Source of the DNA: an uncultured Chlamydiae bacterium
GTDB taxonomy: Bacteria > Chlamydiota > Chlamydiia > Chlamydiales > Parachlamydiaceae
NCBI GenBank assembly: GCA_963830365.1
Contig: CAWHMU010000046.1
Location: forward strand, 1 to 64,000
Length of the DNA: 64,000 bases
Direction of reading: 5' to 3'
Shown here piece after piece: positions 31,053-42,099 of the stretch. A model generated the notes under the pieces. It was not told where the DNA came from, ran no database searches, and saw nothing but the letters and a program-made list of their open reading frames with translations. The stretch's first letter is position 1. The number at the start of each line of letters is the position of its first letter. A program made the translations under genes and the position numbers.

Positions 31053-31256
31053 ATGATACAATGGATTCGTCAGTTTAACCAGGCCAATGCACAGACAAAA
31101 TATTTCATCTTGAATTGGGTAATCTATGGCCTGGCCATCATTATCTCCACCTTGTATTGCTACGGACGACTCGATTTCGTGCGCAGCTACCAGTCGCCCT
31201 CCTCCATCCGTGCCCAACAGGCCCCAACCGTACAGGCCCCACCTGAGAACAAATAA
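31053..31256 (+). CDS. Small single-pass membrane protein
   Basis: 67 aa with one hydrophobic helix (FILNWVIYGLAIIISTLYCY), directly upstream of lysS. Confidence 0.7.
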   Translation: MIQWIRQFNQANAQTKYFILNWVIYGLAIIISTLYCYGRLDFVRSYQSPSSIRAQQAPTVQAPPENK

Positions 31257-31287
31257 ATTTTCCAACAGTTTACCTTGAGTACACATT

Positions 31288-32973
31288 ATGTCAGACACAC
31301 AGCCAGAATATCACAGCCATGAAGAGTTCCAACTAAGAACGCAAAAACTTGCCGACATCCATAAGCTGGGCATCAATCCATATCCCCATAAATACTCCCC
31401 CACCCACAACGCCCAAGGGCTGCATGAGGCTTTTGATAATGCCGCCATCGGCCACAGCGAAGATGCCGCCGCCGCCACGACACCGGCCGTGACCGTCGCC
31501 GGTCGCCTGGTGCTGTTCCGCTCCATGGGCAAAAACGCCTTCGCCCATATCCAGGACGAAAGCGGCCGCATCCAGCTGATGTTCAATAAAGACCTGACCA
31601 AAGTATCCGGCTATGATCCTTCCCCAGCCGCGGCTGCTGATGCCCAAGCCGATGCCACCGCCGACAGCCAGGCAGACGCCCTGACGGCGATGAAATTCAT
31701 CGAAAAGAAGATCGATCTCGGCGACATCATCGGCATCGAAGGCAACCTTTTCCATACCAATAAAGGCGAACTGACAATTTTTGTGCACCGCCTGACGCTG
31801 CTGTGCAAAACACTCCTTCCGCTCGCCGATAAGCATGCCGGCCTGGCCGACAAAGAGCTGCGCTACCGCAAGCGCTGGCTGGATTTGATCACCAACCTCG
31901 ATGTGGCTAACACCTTCCGCACCCGCAGCCGCATCCTGCAGCTGATGCGCGAGTATTTCGCCGAACACAACTTCGTCGAAGTCGAAACTCCTGTCCTGCA
32001 GACCATCTACGGCGGCGCCGAAGCCCGCCCCTTCGAAACCAACTTGCATGCCCTGGATCAGGATATGTTCCTGCGCATCTCGCTAGAAATCCCGCTCAAA
32101 AAGCTCATCGTCGGCGGCATGAACCGCGTCTTTGAAATCGGCCGCGTCTTCCGCAATGAAGGCATCGACCGCAATCACAACCCCGAATTCACCCTGATGG
32201 AGGCTTATGCCGCCTATTGGGACTATAACGACATGATGCGCTTCACCGAAAACCTCTTTGAAAGACTCGCCCTTGCGCTCTATGGCAAGACGACCATCAC
32301 CATCGGCAACCCCGAGGAGGAAGGCGGCAAAGCCGTCGAGCTGGATTTAAAAGCCCCTTGGAAGCGCCTGACGATGAAAGATGCCATCAAAACCTACGGC
32401 CACATCGATGTCGACACCTTAAGCGACGACAAGATGCGCACCATGCTGAAAGAAAGCGGCCAGATCGACCTCAAGAAGCTGCCCTTGCTTTCACGCGGAC
32501 TGCTCATCGCCGCCATGTTCGAAGTATATGCCGAAGCGCATCTGATCCAGCCCCATCACATCATCGACCACCCCATCGACACAACTCCCCTGTGCAAGCC
32601 CCACCGCCAGCCCAAGGAAAAGGAAGAAGGCCTCGTCGAGCGCTTCGAAAGCTTCATCCTCGGCCACGAGATCTGCAATGCCTACACCGAACTCAACGAC
32701 CCCGAAATCCAGCGCAAACTGCTTGTCAAACAAGCCAAACGCCGCGATAGCGGCGATGTCGAAGCCAGCCCGCTGGATGAGGAATTCATCGAAGCCATCT
32801 GCCAAGGCATGCCGCCGACAGGTGGCGTCGGCATCGGCATCGACCGCCTGGTGATGATCCTCACCAACACCCACTCCATCCGCGATGTGCTCTTCTTCCC
32901 CTGGATGAAGACCGTCGAAGCCAAAGACAAAAGCGATAAGGACAAAAGCGAAAAAGTCAAGGTCGAGGGGTAG
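31288..32973 (+). CDS. lysS: Lysine--tRNA ligase (class II)
   Basis: RYRKRWLDL, EVETPVL, YGGAEARPF, FRNEGIDRNHNPEFT, GMPPTGGVGIGIDRL. Confidence 0.98.
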   Translation: MSDTQPEYHSHEEFQLRTQKLADIHKLGINPYPHKYSPTHNAQGLHEAFDNAAIGHSEDAAAATTPAVTVAGRLVLFRSMGKNAFAHIQDESGRIQLMFNKDLTKVSGYDPSPAAAADAQADATADSQADALTAMKFIEKKIDLGDIIGIEGNLFHTNKGELTIFVHRLTLLCKTLLPLADKHAGLADKELRYRKRWLDLITNLDVANTFRTRSRILQLMREYFAEHNFVEVETPVLQTIYGGAEARPFETNLHALDQDMFLRISLEIPLKKLIVGGMNRVFEIGRVFRNEGIDRNHNPEFTLMEAYAAYWDYNDMMRFTENLFERLALALYGKTTITIGNPEEEGGKAVELDLKAPWKRLTMKDAIKTYGHIDVDTLSDDKMRTMLKESGQIDLKKLPLLSRGLLIAAMFEVYAEAHLIQPHHIIDHPIDTTPLCKPHRQPKEKEEGLVERFESFILGHEICNAYTELNDPEIQRKLLVKQAKRRDSGDVEASPLDEEFIEAICQGMPPTGGVGIGIDRLVMILTNTHSIRDVLFFPWMKTVEAKDKSDKDKSEKVKVEG

Positions 32974-33225
32974 ATGAAACAAAAAAATTATACCGTCGAT
33001 GAAAAATTCATGCTCTGCCTTTACGAAAAGGCAGAGCAGTCCGGCGATATGGAAGCACGCTTCGACAAATATGAAATCGGCAAGCTGGCGGGCTTACACC
33101 CCAAAGGCGCCGATGCCATCTGTAAGCTGCTATTGCGCTGCAACTTCATCATGAAGGGCGACGACCTGGAAGTCTATCTCACCCCCCATGGCGAAAAACT
33201 CGTCCACACCCTGCGCACCGAATAG
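32974..33225 (+). CDS. Small hypothetical protein (winged-helix-like)
   Basis: 83 aa starting immediately after the lysS stop; ends with VYLTPHGEKLV, typical of wHTH wings. Confidence 0.7.
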   Translation: MKQKNYTVDEKFMLCLYEKAEQSGDMEARFDKYEIGKLAGLHPKGADAICKLLLRCNFIMKGDDLEVYLTPHGEKLVHTLRTE

Positions 33226-33344
33226 GCGCCAGGGTCATGACCGAATAAATAGAATGAGACCTAAGGATTAGGGGGTTACATTCAGCTCTAAGCATTAACG
33301 AAAACCCCAAACGATCTCGTCTTACCTCTCAAAAAGTAAACCGA

Positions 33345-33456
33345 CGCAACGCGTTTGGAGTGCGCAACGCCTGTTGCGCTTTCTCTACAAACTTCTTAGC
33401 GCCAATAGCTTTCAAGCCAAAGCGAAAGAGGCCTTTCGCACTCCAAACGCGTTGCG
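33345..33456. repeat. Family E palindrome
   Basis: cgcaacgcgtttggagtgcg...cgcactccaaacgcgttgcg. Confidence 0.8.
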
Positions 33457-33515
33457 AAAACTCTAGTTTTTGATACATAAATTGATACAGATTTAAGCTG
33501 ATTCGATATTGCTAT

Positions 33516-35081
33516 TTAGTCTTCCAAACCGCCTTCATAGCTATCAAAAGGCCGGTACGATAACAACCCCCCATCATGGGGAGGGCCCAATCTAAAGCCT
33601 TCGATAGTCCCCAAATAGTCCAGATGCTCTCCGACAGCTCCAAAGAAGCGGCCAAATAAAGAGCTGTCTTGGTTTGCTGGAGACGATGGCGGACTTATTG
33701 CCGAAGGACTGACCCTGGCATATGTTTGTGCTACTTTCTCTGTCACTTCCTTAGAAGCGTCAAGTGTTGAGACCTTGACTTCATCCACCCGCTTCTCTGG
33801 CTTGGCAGCAAGAGGAGGCGCAGCATGGTCAACGACGGCTACGCTGTGGCTACTGTCTGCTGATGGGGTATTAAGGACATGGTCTAAATGGTCTTCATGA
33901 CTTTCTCTTTCAGGCACAAGACAGTCGCAAGCTCCCACTTGCCAGTCGACCACCGGCATGCATTTAACCTTGATGCGACCCTTAAGACAACATGCCAACA
34001 GCGATATGGCGCCGAGCAGCGCCCCGCCACTAATCCAGGCTGAGGATTCACTTGAAGGTGGTGTACCGGCAGCCTTATCTGCCGCCAAAAATTGTTTTGT
34101 GAAATTATCCAGCGAAAATGGCTGAACAAGACATGTAGGCAGCGGTATAATATTTTCTGGTGAGGGTAAGGAAACCTCTGCGACAGCGTCGGTAATATCT
34201 ACTTGTTCATCAGGAATAGCTTTGGGCGCATCTAATGATTCTGCTAAGACATTGAAATCCTGATTTGATATGACGGAAACGATAGTGTAGGGAGTGATGA
34301 TGTCTATTGGAGACTGACTGATCGCCTGTTCAGGGGAGATTTTGTCATGGGCTGAATGCAACAGAAAACCACCGACTCCAGCTGCAGCCAAGATGCCGGC
34401 AGCAAGCAGGCTGATTTTTTTGCACCGGCTCCTTTCATGCCTAGAAACTCTTGGAGGTCCATCACCATCATCCTCCACAACACCCATGCCGCCGTGATCA
34501 TCATCCGGATACCAACCGGCGTCTTGGTCATCTGCGTTTACTGCTGGCAGTTCATAAAATCCCGGTTTTACTGCCGCCTTGTCGAAAAGGGGCATCTTTT
34601 TAGTGACTCGCATTTGATCTATCTGCTCTTTCCATGCGCCAGCATTTTGCTTTTGCAAAGTAGCAACGAGTGCTGAAAACAGATACATAACGTCATTTAC
34701 CTGACCCCTGTTAGCCGTCTTGAAATCATAGACATACTGCGCGGTGACCTCAGAAGCACTGACCAATAAGGTAAAGACGTTGCCAAAACCGATCCGGTCA
34801 ATCAGGCAGTCGATATCAAGCTGCCTGACCAATTCTGTGCTTTTGTCTACACCTTGAGCCGCCGTCAAGATTTCATAAACCCGTTTTTCGATAGCGTCGA
34901 GCGCATCTTTGTCTATGCATTGAATGCCGAATAGCATCTTAAAGCATGTATCTGTCGGCGAGGCAGATTTCTCCCATTTATAGTATTGTCTGAAAGAATT
35001 GGCAATGCGCGGCAGCACCGCGCCATCATCCTTTTGTGGGATTGCATAGATCGATGGATTTGTAAAGTCGCCAATTGTCAT
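33516..35081 (-). CDS. Array paralog 1: conserved N-domain + TM-loop-TM membrane protein
   Basis: FKMLF..DAIEKRVYEIL..IGFGNVFTLL..PLFDKAAV; two TM segments; likely start MTIGD at 35081. Confidence 0.8.
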   Translation of the reverse strand: MTIGDFTNPSIYAIPQKDDGAVLPRIANSFRQYYKWEKSASPTDTCFKMLFGIQCIDKDALDAIEKRVYEILTAAQGVDKSTELVRQLDIDCLIDRIGFGNVFTLLVSASEVTAQYVYDFKTANRGQVNDVMYLFSALVATLQKQNAGAWKEQIDQMRVTKKMPLFDKAAVKPGFYELPAVNADDQDAGWYPDDDHGGMGVVEDDGDGPPRVSRHERSRCKKISLLAAGILAAAGVGGFLLHSAHDKISPEQAISQSPIDIITPYTIVSVISNQDFNVLAESLDAPKAIPDEQVDITDAVAEVSLPSPENIIPLPTCLVQPFSLDNFTKQFLAADKAAGTPPSSESSAWISGGALLGAISLLACCLKGRIKVKCMPVVDWQVGACDCLVPERESHEDHLDHVLNTPSADSSHSVAVVDHAAPPLAAKPEKRVDEVKVSTLDASKEVTEKVAQTYARVSPSAISPPSSPANQDSSLFGRFFGAVGEHLDYLGTIEGFRLGPPHDGGLLSYRPFDSYEGGLED

Positions 35082-35150
35082 GTGTCTCTCATTCAAGTAT
35101 TGTGGTTATATAATGTCGCAGTCGGCATGCCCGCATAAAGGATGTCGTTA

Positions 35151-35340
35151 GCCGTGAACAGTGGCGTAAGCATGTAGCCACATGGCGTAAGCCTGTGGTA
35201 ATCAGAGCCAAAGATATCAAGCCGTGGCTACGGCGGCAGAGTCTCAGAACGCTCTGCCGCCGTAGCCACGGCTTCATATCTTTTATGCATTTACCACAGG
35301 TTCACACCTGTGGCTACATGCTTCCGCCGCTGTTCACGGC
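35151..35340. repeat. Nested palindromic element, family D
   Basis: gccgtgaacag...ctgttcacggc outer IR; agccgtggctacggcggcagag / ctctgccgccgtagccacggct inner IR. Confidence 0.85.
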
Positions 35341-35388
35341 GGGTGTTGAATCGGCTTCACCTGCCATCACTAAAGCTCAATGTATCAC

Positions 35389-37083
35389 TCACCGAAATAG
35401 TTGCCTTATCGTAGTGCGATCTGTTTCATCACCATCACTGCTCACCATCCGACCTTCGGCAGCATGTAACGAGTTATTTCCCTGATAACCCTTTGGCGGA
35501 GCTGATGGGGGAGAGAGCATACTTGAAAATAAAGGCGAAAAGGGTGTGCCCTGATTTGAGCTGCTATTGCCAGCTTTAATGGGTGACAGGGCAAAAGAGG
35601 CATCTGCGCCAAGAAAAGAGGCGTTTAAAGTGGATAGATCGGAGACCGAAAGCGAAACCCCCTGCATGCCAATATGCTCCTCACAAAACGAATGTTCCGT
35701 AGAAGAGGGCAGCGCGCGTGAGGCTAGTATTTGATGTTGATCCTGCCGTTCAGGCGGTGGAGGACCCTCCCTTTCCCTACTAGAACCTGATAAATCCGGG
35801 CCGGGACTGCCAACTAAATTCGTTAGTTCTAGGGAGGCACTCGCAGTGCCATCATCTGGCGACGACAATGCACTCGCGTGCCTGTCTGGGCATTCACCAT
35901 GACCATGGTTACCATCGCCTGCCTCAGCCTCATTAATGGCGATGAAGGAGTCTTGAAAAGGACTGCCACATTGAGATAGGTTCAAGAAGGGCTCAAATGC
36001 CGGAGTGGCTGGTGTAGCCATGTCAGCAGCTCTTAGTGACTGACCGCTTTTAAGAGGTGTCTGTGGCACATCGGCAGCTCCTTGCTTGGTGTTGTCTGGC
36101 TGGTATGGCGAGGCTGGCTGCATATCGGCCACTGGATCGCCAGCCAATTCCACGCCACCTCCAACCGTCGGTGCTGCCGGCAAGACTTTGGAACCTTTGC
36201 AGAAACAGGCAAATATGGCGCTGGCAAGCACGCCCACAGCAGCGGCTACAAGCGTGACCGGAAAAGGCGCCGGCGGAGCTTCAGCTGCGATGCGCGCTGG
36301 TGCCTGCACAAACTCTCTCAACGTATCCAGCGATAACATCTTTGCCGCAGGCACTTCGGCGACCGCCACAGCGGCAGCCGGACCCTGCGGCGCTAGCAAA
36401 ATGACTCTGCCTGGCTGGTCAGGGATTGGCGCCGGCGCTGGGACCGATGGGATTGGTAGGATTGGCGCCGGCGGGGTGGCAGGTGGTGCTGAAAACAAGA
36501 TTTCGATGTGACTTGTCGCTGTAAAGCGCTGCCATATAAAATAGCCCGCGACAGCTGTCACCAGGACTCCTAAAGCGACAACAGCGACTTTTCTAAACAG
36601 CGCAATGCGCGCCTCAGCCGCCATCAATCGGCATTGGAAGCTTGCGCTGACCTCAGCTTTGTTAAAGACAGGATTTTCCATCAACGAAGGCTGCCGGCCG
36701 GCAAGGTCGGCATATTCCTGCCGGCAAGCCGCGATCAGCTGCTGGCGCTGCTCTGCAAAGAGTTTGGCGGCATAGGGGGATTTGACGCCAAGCCTAGTAA
36801 GCTTGCAGCCGCATGTGAGCAAGGCATAGGCATTGGCAAAGCCAAGCCCCTCTTTAAGCATTGCATGGTCGATCTCTTTTCCGTCCACTTCGATGGCACC
36901 GGTACTCATCTGCAAGATCTTATAAACCCAGCGTTCGACAGCATCCAGGCGGCTGAGATTGCGGTGGTCGATCTGCAGCAAATGCTTAAAAGCTGCATCC
37001 ATGGACGAGCCGCGGCCAGCGGCGCATGGCATGGGCGTGCAGGCAAACGCTGGCTGCATAGTTATGGCTGATACTGTCATCAT
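35389..37083 (-). CDS. Array paralog 2
   Basis: FKHLL..DAVERWVYKIL..LGFANAYALL..PVFNKAEV; TM / Pro-rich loop / TM; Ser/Pro-rich tail. Confidence 0.85.
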   Translation of the reverse strand: MMTVSAITMQPAFACTPMPCAAGRGSSMDAAFKHLLQIDHRNLSRLDAVERWVYKILQMSTGAIEVDGKEIDHAMLKEGLGFANAYALLTCGCKLTRLGVKSPYAAKLFAEQRQQLIAACRQEYADLAGRQPSLMENPVFNKAEVSASFQCRLMAAEARIALFRKVAVVALGVLVTAVAGYFIWQRFTATSHIEILFSAPPATPPAPILPIPSVPAPAPIPDQPGRVILLAPQGPAAAVAVAEVPAAKMLSLDTLREFVQAPARIAAEAPPAPFPVTLVAAAVGVLASAIFACFCKGSKVLPAAPTVGGGVELAGDPVADMQPASPYQPDNTKQGAADVPQTPLKSGQSLRAADMATPATPAFEPFLNLSQCGSPFQDSFIAINEAEAGDGNHGHGECPDRHASALSSPDDGTASASLELTNLVGSPGPDLSGSSREREGPPPPERQDQHQILASRALPSSTEHSFCEEHIGMQGVSLSVSDLSTLNASFLGADASFALSPIKAGNSSSNQGTPFSPLFSSMLSPPSAPPKGYQGNNSLHAAEGRMVSSDGDETDRTTIRQLFR

Positions 37084-37300
37084 CAGCTTAATTTCTCCTA
37101 AACCTAAAACGTGGCTTCATAGGCCCCATCCGAACTTCGTTCACCTTATATAACCAAAATGTTCGGTCATGATAAATTTCTTCTTCCCTCTCTCTGTGAT
37201 CTCTGCGGGCTCTGTGGTTTTAAGATTTGTCACCACAGAGCCCACAGAGATCACAGAGAAGGACTTGATGCTCACCATCGTTATGCTGTGTTATGTTTTT

Positions 37301-37563
37301 GCTGAGCTCCGTCTAGGAGCGGCCCTATTTGTAGCCCACGGTGTAGTGCCACCAGGCACAAACCGTGGGTCATAAACAAAAATCTCTCTAGCCCCAAGGG
37401 GGCGTTATAATTTCATCCCCAGTTACATCGCTTAAGACAAATTCTCCGGACACAATTATGCCGCCCCCTTGGGGCTAGATTACTTTTTTGTTAGCACCCA
37501 CGGTTTGTGCCTGGCGGCACTACACCGTGGGCTACAAATAGGACCGCTCCTAGGGAGCTCAGC
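37301..37563. repeat. Family C palindrome (second copy at 38053-38328)
   Basis: gctgagctccgtctaggagcggccctatttgtagcccacgg...ggagctcagc. Confidence 0.85.
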
Positions 37564-37586
37564 CACCAGTCTGTCTAGACAATTTT

Positions 37587-37835
37587 TTAGCACACCAGAA
37601 CATCTTTAAGCATCGCATGGTCGATCTCTTTTCCGTCCACTTCGATAGCACCGGTACTCATCTGCAAGATCTTATAAACCCAGCGTTCGACAGCATCCAG
37701 GCGACTGAGATTGCGGTGGTCGATCTGCAGCAAATGCTTAAAAGCTGCATCCATGGACGGACCGCGGCCAGCGGCGCATGCCATGGACGTGCAGGCAAAC
37801 GCTGGCTGCATAGTTATGGCTGATACTGTCATCAT
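37587..37835 (-). pseudogene. Truncated duplicate of the paralog 2 N-terminus
   Basis: First ~78 aa almost identical to 35389-37083, then stops. Confidence 0.85.
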
Positions 37836-38502
37836 CAGCTTAATTTCTCCTAAACCTAAAACGTGGCTTCATAGGCCCCATCCGGACTTCGTTCACCTTA
37901 TACAACCAAAATGTTTGATCATGATAAATTTCTTCTCCCCTCTCTCTGTGATCTCTGCGGGCTCTGTGGTTTTAAAATCTGTCACCACAGAACCCACAGA
38001 GATCACAGAGAAGGGCTTGATGCTCACCATCGTTAGGCTGTGTTACGTTTTTGCTGAGCTCCGTCTAGGAGCGGCCCTATTTGTAGCCCACGGTGTAGTG
38101 CCGCCAGGCACAAACCGTGGGTCATAAACAAAAATCTCTCTAGCCCCAAGGGGGCGTTATAATTTCATCCCCAGTTACATCGCTTAAGACAAATTCTCCG
38201 GACACAATTATGCCGCCCCCTTGGGGCTGGATTGATTTTTGTATCACCCACGGCTTGTGCCTGATGGCACTGCACCATGGCCTACACATAGGGTAGCTAC
38301 CAATAGGGCCGCTACAACGGAGCTCAGCCACCTAAGCACATGCCAAAAGGCCATCATCTTCATAGGCGCGGCCAGCCCCGACAGCCAGCCCGGTGGTTTT
38401 TAAGATGTACAACCGCAGTGCCCAAAGAGATGGACTTGTGCGGCGATAAGTCGCCGCACTCCACATCGAAGAACATGTAGCTTAGCTCAAGTCCTTCCCG
38501 GC

Positions 38503-41500
38503 TTATTTGTTGGGCAATGCCGCCACAAAACCTGACAAGCTAACTGCCGCAGACTTGTCTGCCGCTGCACTCGGTAAAAATAGTGTCCTGGCTACGTTAC
38601 CTTTTTCCTCAGCGGTCACCTCGCCACTTACACTGGCAGGCGTTAGCCGCGCTTCCATTACTCCGCACATACCCTCAATGAAAGCCTCAATTGCATCATT
38701 GAGTTTCTCTGCGATAACCTTATTCCCACGCGCACTAGCGTCCCGATCAGCTTCTTTTTCTTCTGTTCCCTCTAACTGATCTTTTAGCCAAACGATTTTT
38801 TTGATGCTTTTGTCGACTATCGCCAACAACCCTTGATCTTTAGCTCCATCCTGTGACAGTTGATTTCTGACGGCTTGCAAGGCAAAGAAACGGAAATTGT
38901 CAGTCACGATGTCGCTATATGTCGGCGACGGCATGCCTTTGGATGAAAGACTCTGATTTAACAAGCGCTTAAATGGTGTCGAGGCTCCACCCGTGGCTTT
39001 TACGCGCGGACTTAAAAACGCATCCGCGGTATGCGAGGAGGCTGGCTTTGTTTTTACGAACTTCGGCGAAAAGAGATCCGCCTTAGCTCGCCTAAGCGCC
39101 TCAATTTCATTCATTGCCTTTTGTAAAGCATTTACAATAGCTACGATCTGCTGGGATGGTTGATTTTTTATTAATTTGACGATGTTTGTGGCCCTTTTCT
39201 GGTCTATTTCATCAAATGCACCTTGATCACTCAGCTGTTTGAATGCTGAGGCGCTCACCAAAGGGCTGCCGTCAGTATGAAATACCGATTGGTTGACAGG
39301 GCTGCCCGGTTCGAAGCCTGGCCATGTCCTGCGTGGAGACGTCGCAGCTACTGTCAAATGCAAAGAAGAGTCCCTTCTCTTTTGCTCAGGGGTGGCGGGC
39401 GGGCTGCCGCTTGCGCTTGGTGTGCCAACTCCTCCACCCTGTATTTCTACAGATGATGGCTGGATTCTATCGGGTTGCGGCACAAATGCATCTTTCCTTT
39501 CCTCCGCATTGATACCTATAGAAGCCGGAGGCAAGGACATATCGTTTTGCATAGGAAACAATGACCTGAACTCAGCCAATATTTTGGCCACGGCATGCCC
39601 CACCGCTTCCTTTGAAGTATTTGGTGCCAAGCCTTGACTGTGAGAACCGACAGCACCTTTCTGTTCTGTTGCGCCGCTATCTTGTTGCGCAGCAACATCA
39701 GCCACAATGATCTGTTGAAATATATCATAACACTTCTTCAATCGCACAATCGACGGATTGTGGTCATTTCCGAAATTGGATAGCATGTCTCCAAGTATAG
39801 TCATAAATGTGGCATTCCAAATAGAATCCAATTCCGGATCGGCCGCTGCACTCTTTAGGGTTTGATCGTAAAACCAATCAAAGAGCCTTGCATCAAATGT
39901 CGCAGCTTCCTCGACAGGTGTGCTTGCAGCTTTACTCGCGGGCATCGTATGAAGGATTTCGTTAAGGCTATTTTCAAACTCACTCAAGCTCTTGTCAAAT
40001 CCGCCTCCATCATTCAGTTGCATGAGCATCGACAAACCGTCTTCTATGGTTGCTGCTACTCTAGCAAGCTGCCCCACTCTCTCGGCCTGAGAATCCGTCG
40101 AATATGTGCTGTTATCGAGTTCTGAGTCTGATTCAGCAGCAGTGATCCTGTCGTGAATAGTCAACAAGCTGTTAATAAAACGTGTGGATGCTTCCCGCAA
40201 CTTTACATCGCTGGTCTTTAATAGCTCAGCATTTGAATCGGATTTGCCTTCGCTGCAAACCTCTTTGATTATATCCGCTGTGCGACAACACCAATCACGA
40301 CGAGTTGCTAATGATACAGGGTTCACATCTGTCGGCAGGGTTGCAAGCAATTTGTTGTAATCAAATTTATCATGATATTTCGATGACAACTTACTAGCTA
40401 TCGATAGTAGATCACCCATATAAGCTTTAATACAATTTTTAACATCGTCCCGCGGAGGACTCATTTGGAGCAAATTGTTGATTTTGCGGGGCCTATCATC
40501 GCGGCCTTCGCCTTTTGAAGCCCCGAGGCCTTGAACTGCAGGCTCTCCAACTCCCTTCCTCGCAGATACAGCAGCGCCCATGCCCTTGCTTGGACTATGG
40601 TCATTGGTTAAAACGACAGCAGCGGCGTTTTGTTTTGATGCCACATCCACACCATCGTTTTTGTTCATTGGCTTTACACGGTTATAGAGCTTAGCCACTA
40701 GTCCAATGATGCTACCGACCCCGAAGATGGCACCAACGGTTTGGGCAATATGCCAGGCTTGCACTGGCACTGATGGCACTTCGGCAGCAGGGTCTTGAAG
40801 GATGGATTCGCCAGCAGCACTGCTGGTAGCGATCGTTTCTGTGACACATTCAGCAGCAGCGTCGACACTGGCATTGGCGTAAAGCGGTGTTTGGCTTTCA
40901 AGTGGAGGGGTAGCCACACTGCTATTCCATAGACATTGTGGTGGCTTTTCCAATTGAACAGCCGCCGAAGCGCTGCCATTGGCGTAAAACGTTGGCATGC
41001 CGGTTATAGCAGCGGTTGCAGCAGCTACCGTCGTTGATGCAATCTGTTCAAATTTACGCCCGTAGGTGAAGGTGTCGGCGGTGATGGTTGACACCGCGGT
41101 CGACACCTTCTGCAAATTTTCTTGCCGCAGGAGATCAATTGGACCGGGAGGCACACTGTCACCCATGAAGTTGTGCCAGGCGTAATAGCCGGCAGCGGCC
41201 GTGCCCAGGGTGCCGAGAGCCGCTAGGCCCACATTCCGATAGAGCCTGGTGCGGGCGGCGCTAGCAGTGAGCTCAAGGCTGAAGTCGGCGCTGACAGCGT
41301 CTTTGTCGAAGATGGCTTTGCCGGTGGGCGATATCACGGCCGCAATTTGGCGGCTGAATACGGCCGGATGCTTTGATTGCAGGGCTTGCAGATCGTGCCG
41401 GAACTGCTTTAACGCGCCGTCTGACAGCGCGTTGGACGCGTAAGCCCGCTCATTTCCCTTCTTATAGGCCAGCATATAGCAGCGCAGCAGCAAGGCGATG

Positions 41501-41796
41501 GCATTGGGCAGCCCGACCTTCCCGATGAGCGTATCAGCATTAAAATGCTGGCTGTAGTCGGTGGCGCTGCCGGCGCCAACGCTTTCAGCTTTAGCCAGCA
41601 GCTGGCAAAGCCAATGGTCGACGGCATCGGCAGGCATGCTAGACTGATCGTGCTGGCCGCATAGGTGCATGCAGGCGGCCTTCACGGACGAATCCCGGCC
41701 GGCAGCCCATGAAAGCATCTCTGTCAAATAGTCAGAAATATCTGGCAGCGATGTGTAGGCGCTGTGGATTGTCGTTTTGAGTGTTTGAAATATCAT
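38503..41796 (-). CDS. Array paralog 3 (1097 aa)
   Basis: DAVDHWL..DTLIGKVGLPNAIALL..IFDKDAV; TM-loop-TM; helical and low-complexity tail. Confidence 0.88.
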   Translation of the reverse strand: MIFQTLKTTIHSAYTSLPDISDYLTEMLSWAAGRDSSVKAACMHLCGQHDQSSMPADAVDHWLCQLLAKAESVGAGSATDYSQHFNADTLIGKVGLPNAIALLLRCYMLAYKKGNERAYASNALSDGALKQFRHDLQALQSKHPAVFSRQIAAVISPTGKAIFDKDAVSADFSLELTASAARTRLYRNVGLAALGTLGTAAAGYYAWHNFMGDSVPPGPIDLLRQENLQKVSTAVSTITADTFTYGRKFEQIASTTVAAATAAITGMPTFYANGSASAAVQLEKPPQCLWNSSVATPPLESQTPLYANASVDAAAECVTETIATSSAAGESILQDPAAEVPSVPVQAWHIAQTVGAIFGVGSIIGLVAKLYNRVKPMNKNDGVDVASKQNAAAVVLTNDHSPSKGMGAAVSARKGVGEPAVQGLGASKGEGRDDRPRKINNLLQMSPPRDDVKNCIKAYMGDLLSIASKLSSKYHDKFDYNKLLATLPTDVNPVSLATRRDWCCRTADIIKEVCSEGKSDSNAELLKTSDVKLREASTRFINSLLTIHDRITAAESDSELDNSTYSTDSQAERVGQLARVAATIEDGLSMLMQLNDGGGFDKSLSEFENSLNEILHTMPASKAASTPVEEAATFDARLFDWFYDQTLKSAAADPELDSIWNATFMTILGDMLSNFGNDHNPSIVRLKKCYDIFQQIIVADVAAQQDSGATEQKGAVGSHSQGLAPNTSKEAVGHAVAKILAEFRSLFPMQNDMSLPPASIGINAEERKDAFVPQPDRIQPSSVEIQGGGVGTPSASGSPPATPEQKRRDSSLHLTVAATSPRRTWPGFEPGSPVNQSVFHTDGSPLVSASAFKQLSDQGAFDEIDQKRATNIVKLIKNQPSQQIVAIVNALQKAMNEIEALRRAKADLFSPKFVKTKPASSHTADAFLSPRVKATGGASTPFKRLLNQSLSSKGMPSPTYSDIVTDNFRFFALQAVRNQLSQDGAKDQGLLAIVDKSIKKIVWLKDQLEGTEEKEADRDASARGNKVIAEKLNDAIEAFIEGMCGVMEARLTPASVSGEVTAEEKGNVARTLFLPSAAADKSAAVSLSGFVAALPNK

Positions 41797-41952
41797 ATGT
41801 CCATTCGTTTGTAATCAGGTTAGTTTTTAGCCCACAAAGTAGTGCTTCTGGCACATCCCGCGGGTCGTAGCAAAATCCAGCTAACGCAAGTTTTGGATAA
41901 GGCGTCGGTTTAATTCCGTTCCTCTGAACATCCAGCTTCAAGCCTCACCACC

Positions 41953-42075
41953 TAGCCGTGAATACGGCGGAAGCATGTAGCCACAGGTGTCAACCTGTGG
42001 CAAACTCATCAGCAATATCAAGCCGTGGCTACGGCGGCAGAGTACTCGACGACCCCGCCGCCGCATTCACGGCTA
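41953..42075. repeat. Family D palindrome (partial)
   Basis: tagccgtgaatacggcgg...ccgccgcattcacggcta. Confidence 0.8.
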
Positions 42076-42099
42076 ACTTAGGCTTGGGGTGATAGACCG

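Larger units (their letters stand above)
36851..38332. repeat. Tandem duplication of ~720-750 bp (36851-37567 and 37603-38332)
   Basis: Near-identical copies at 752-bp offset, covering the 5' end of paralog 2, its upstream region and family A and C palindromes. Confidence 0.92.

Noticed and set aside
15906..32982. Many antisense/overlapping ORFs within uvrC, rlmN, uvrD, priA, rimO and lysS
   Set aside because: Shadow frames of GC-rich, codon-biased core genes
37711..38331. Short ORFs over repeat elements (also 4934, 5030, 28640, 30608, 35089, 48666, 60163)
   Set aside because: They are chance open frames through palindromic repeats, with no RBS or protein-like composition
36851..38332. Diversity-generating retroelement TR/VR pair
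   Set aside because: Differences are not confined to adenines, the repeat covers a 5' end plus intergenic DNA, and no reverse transcriptase is present
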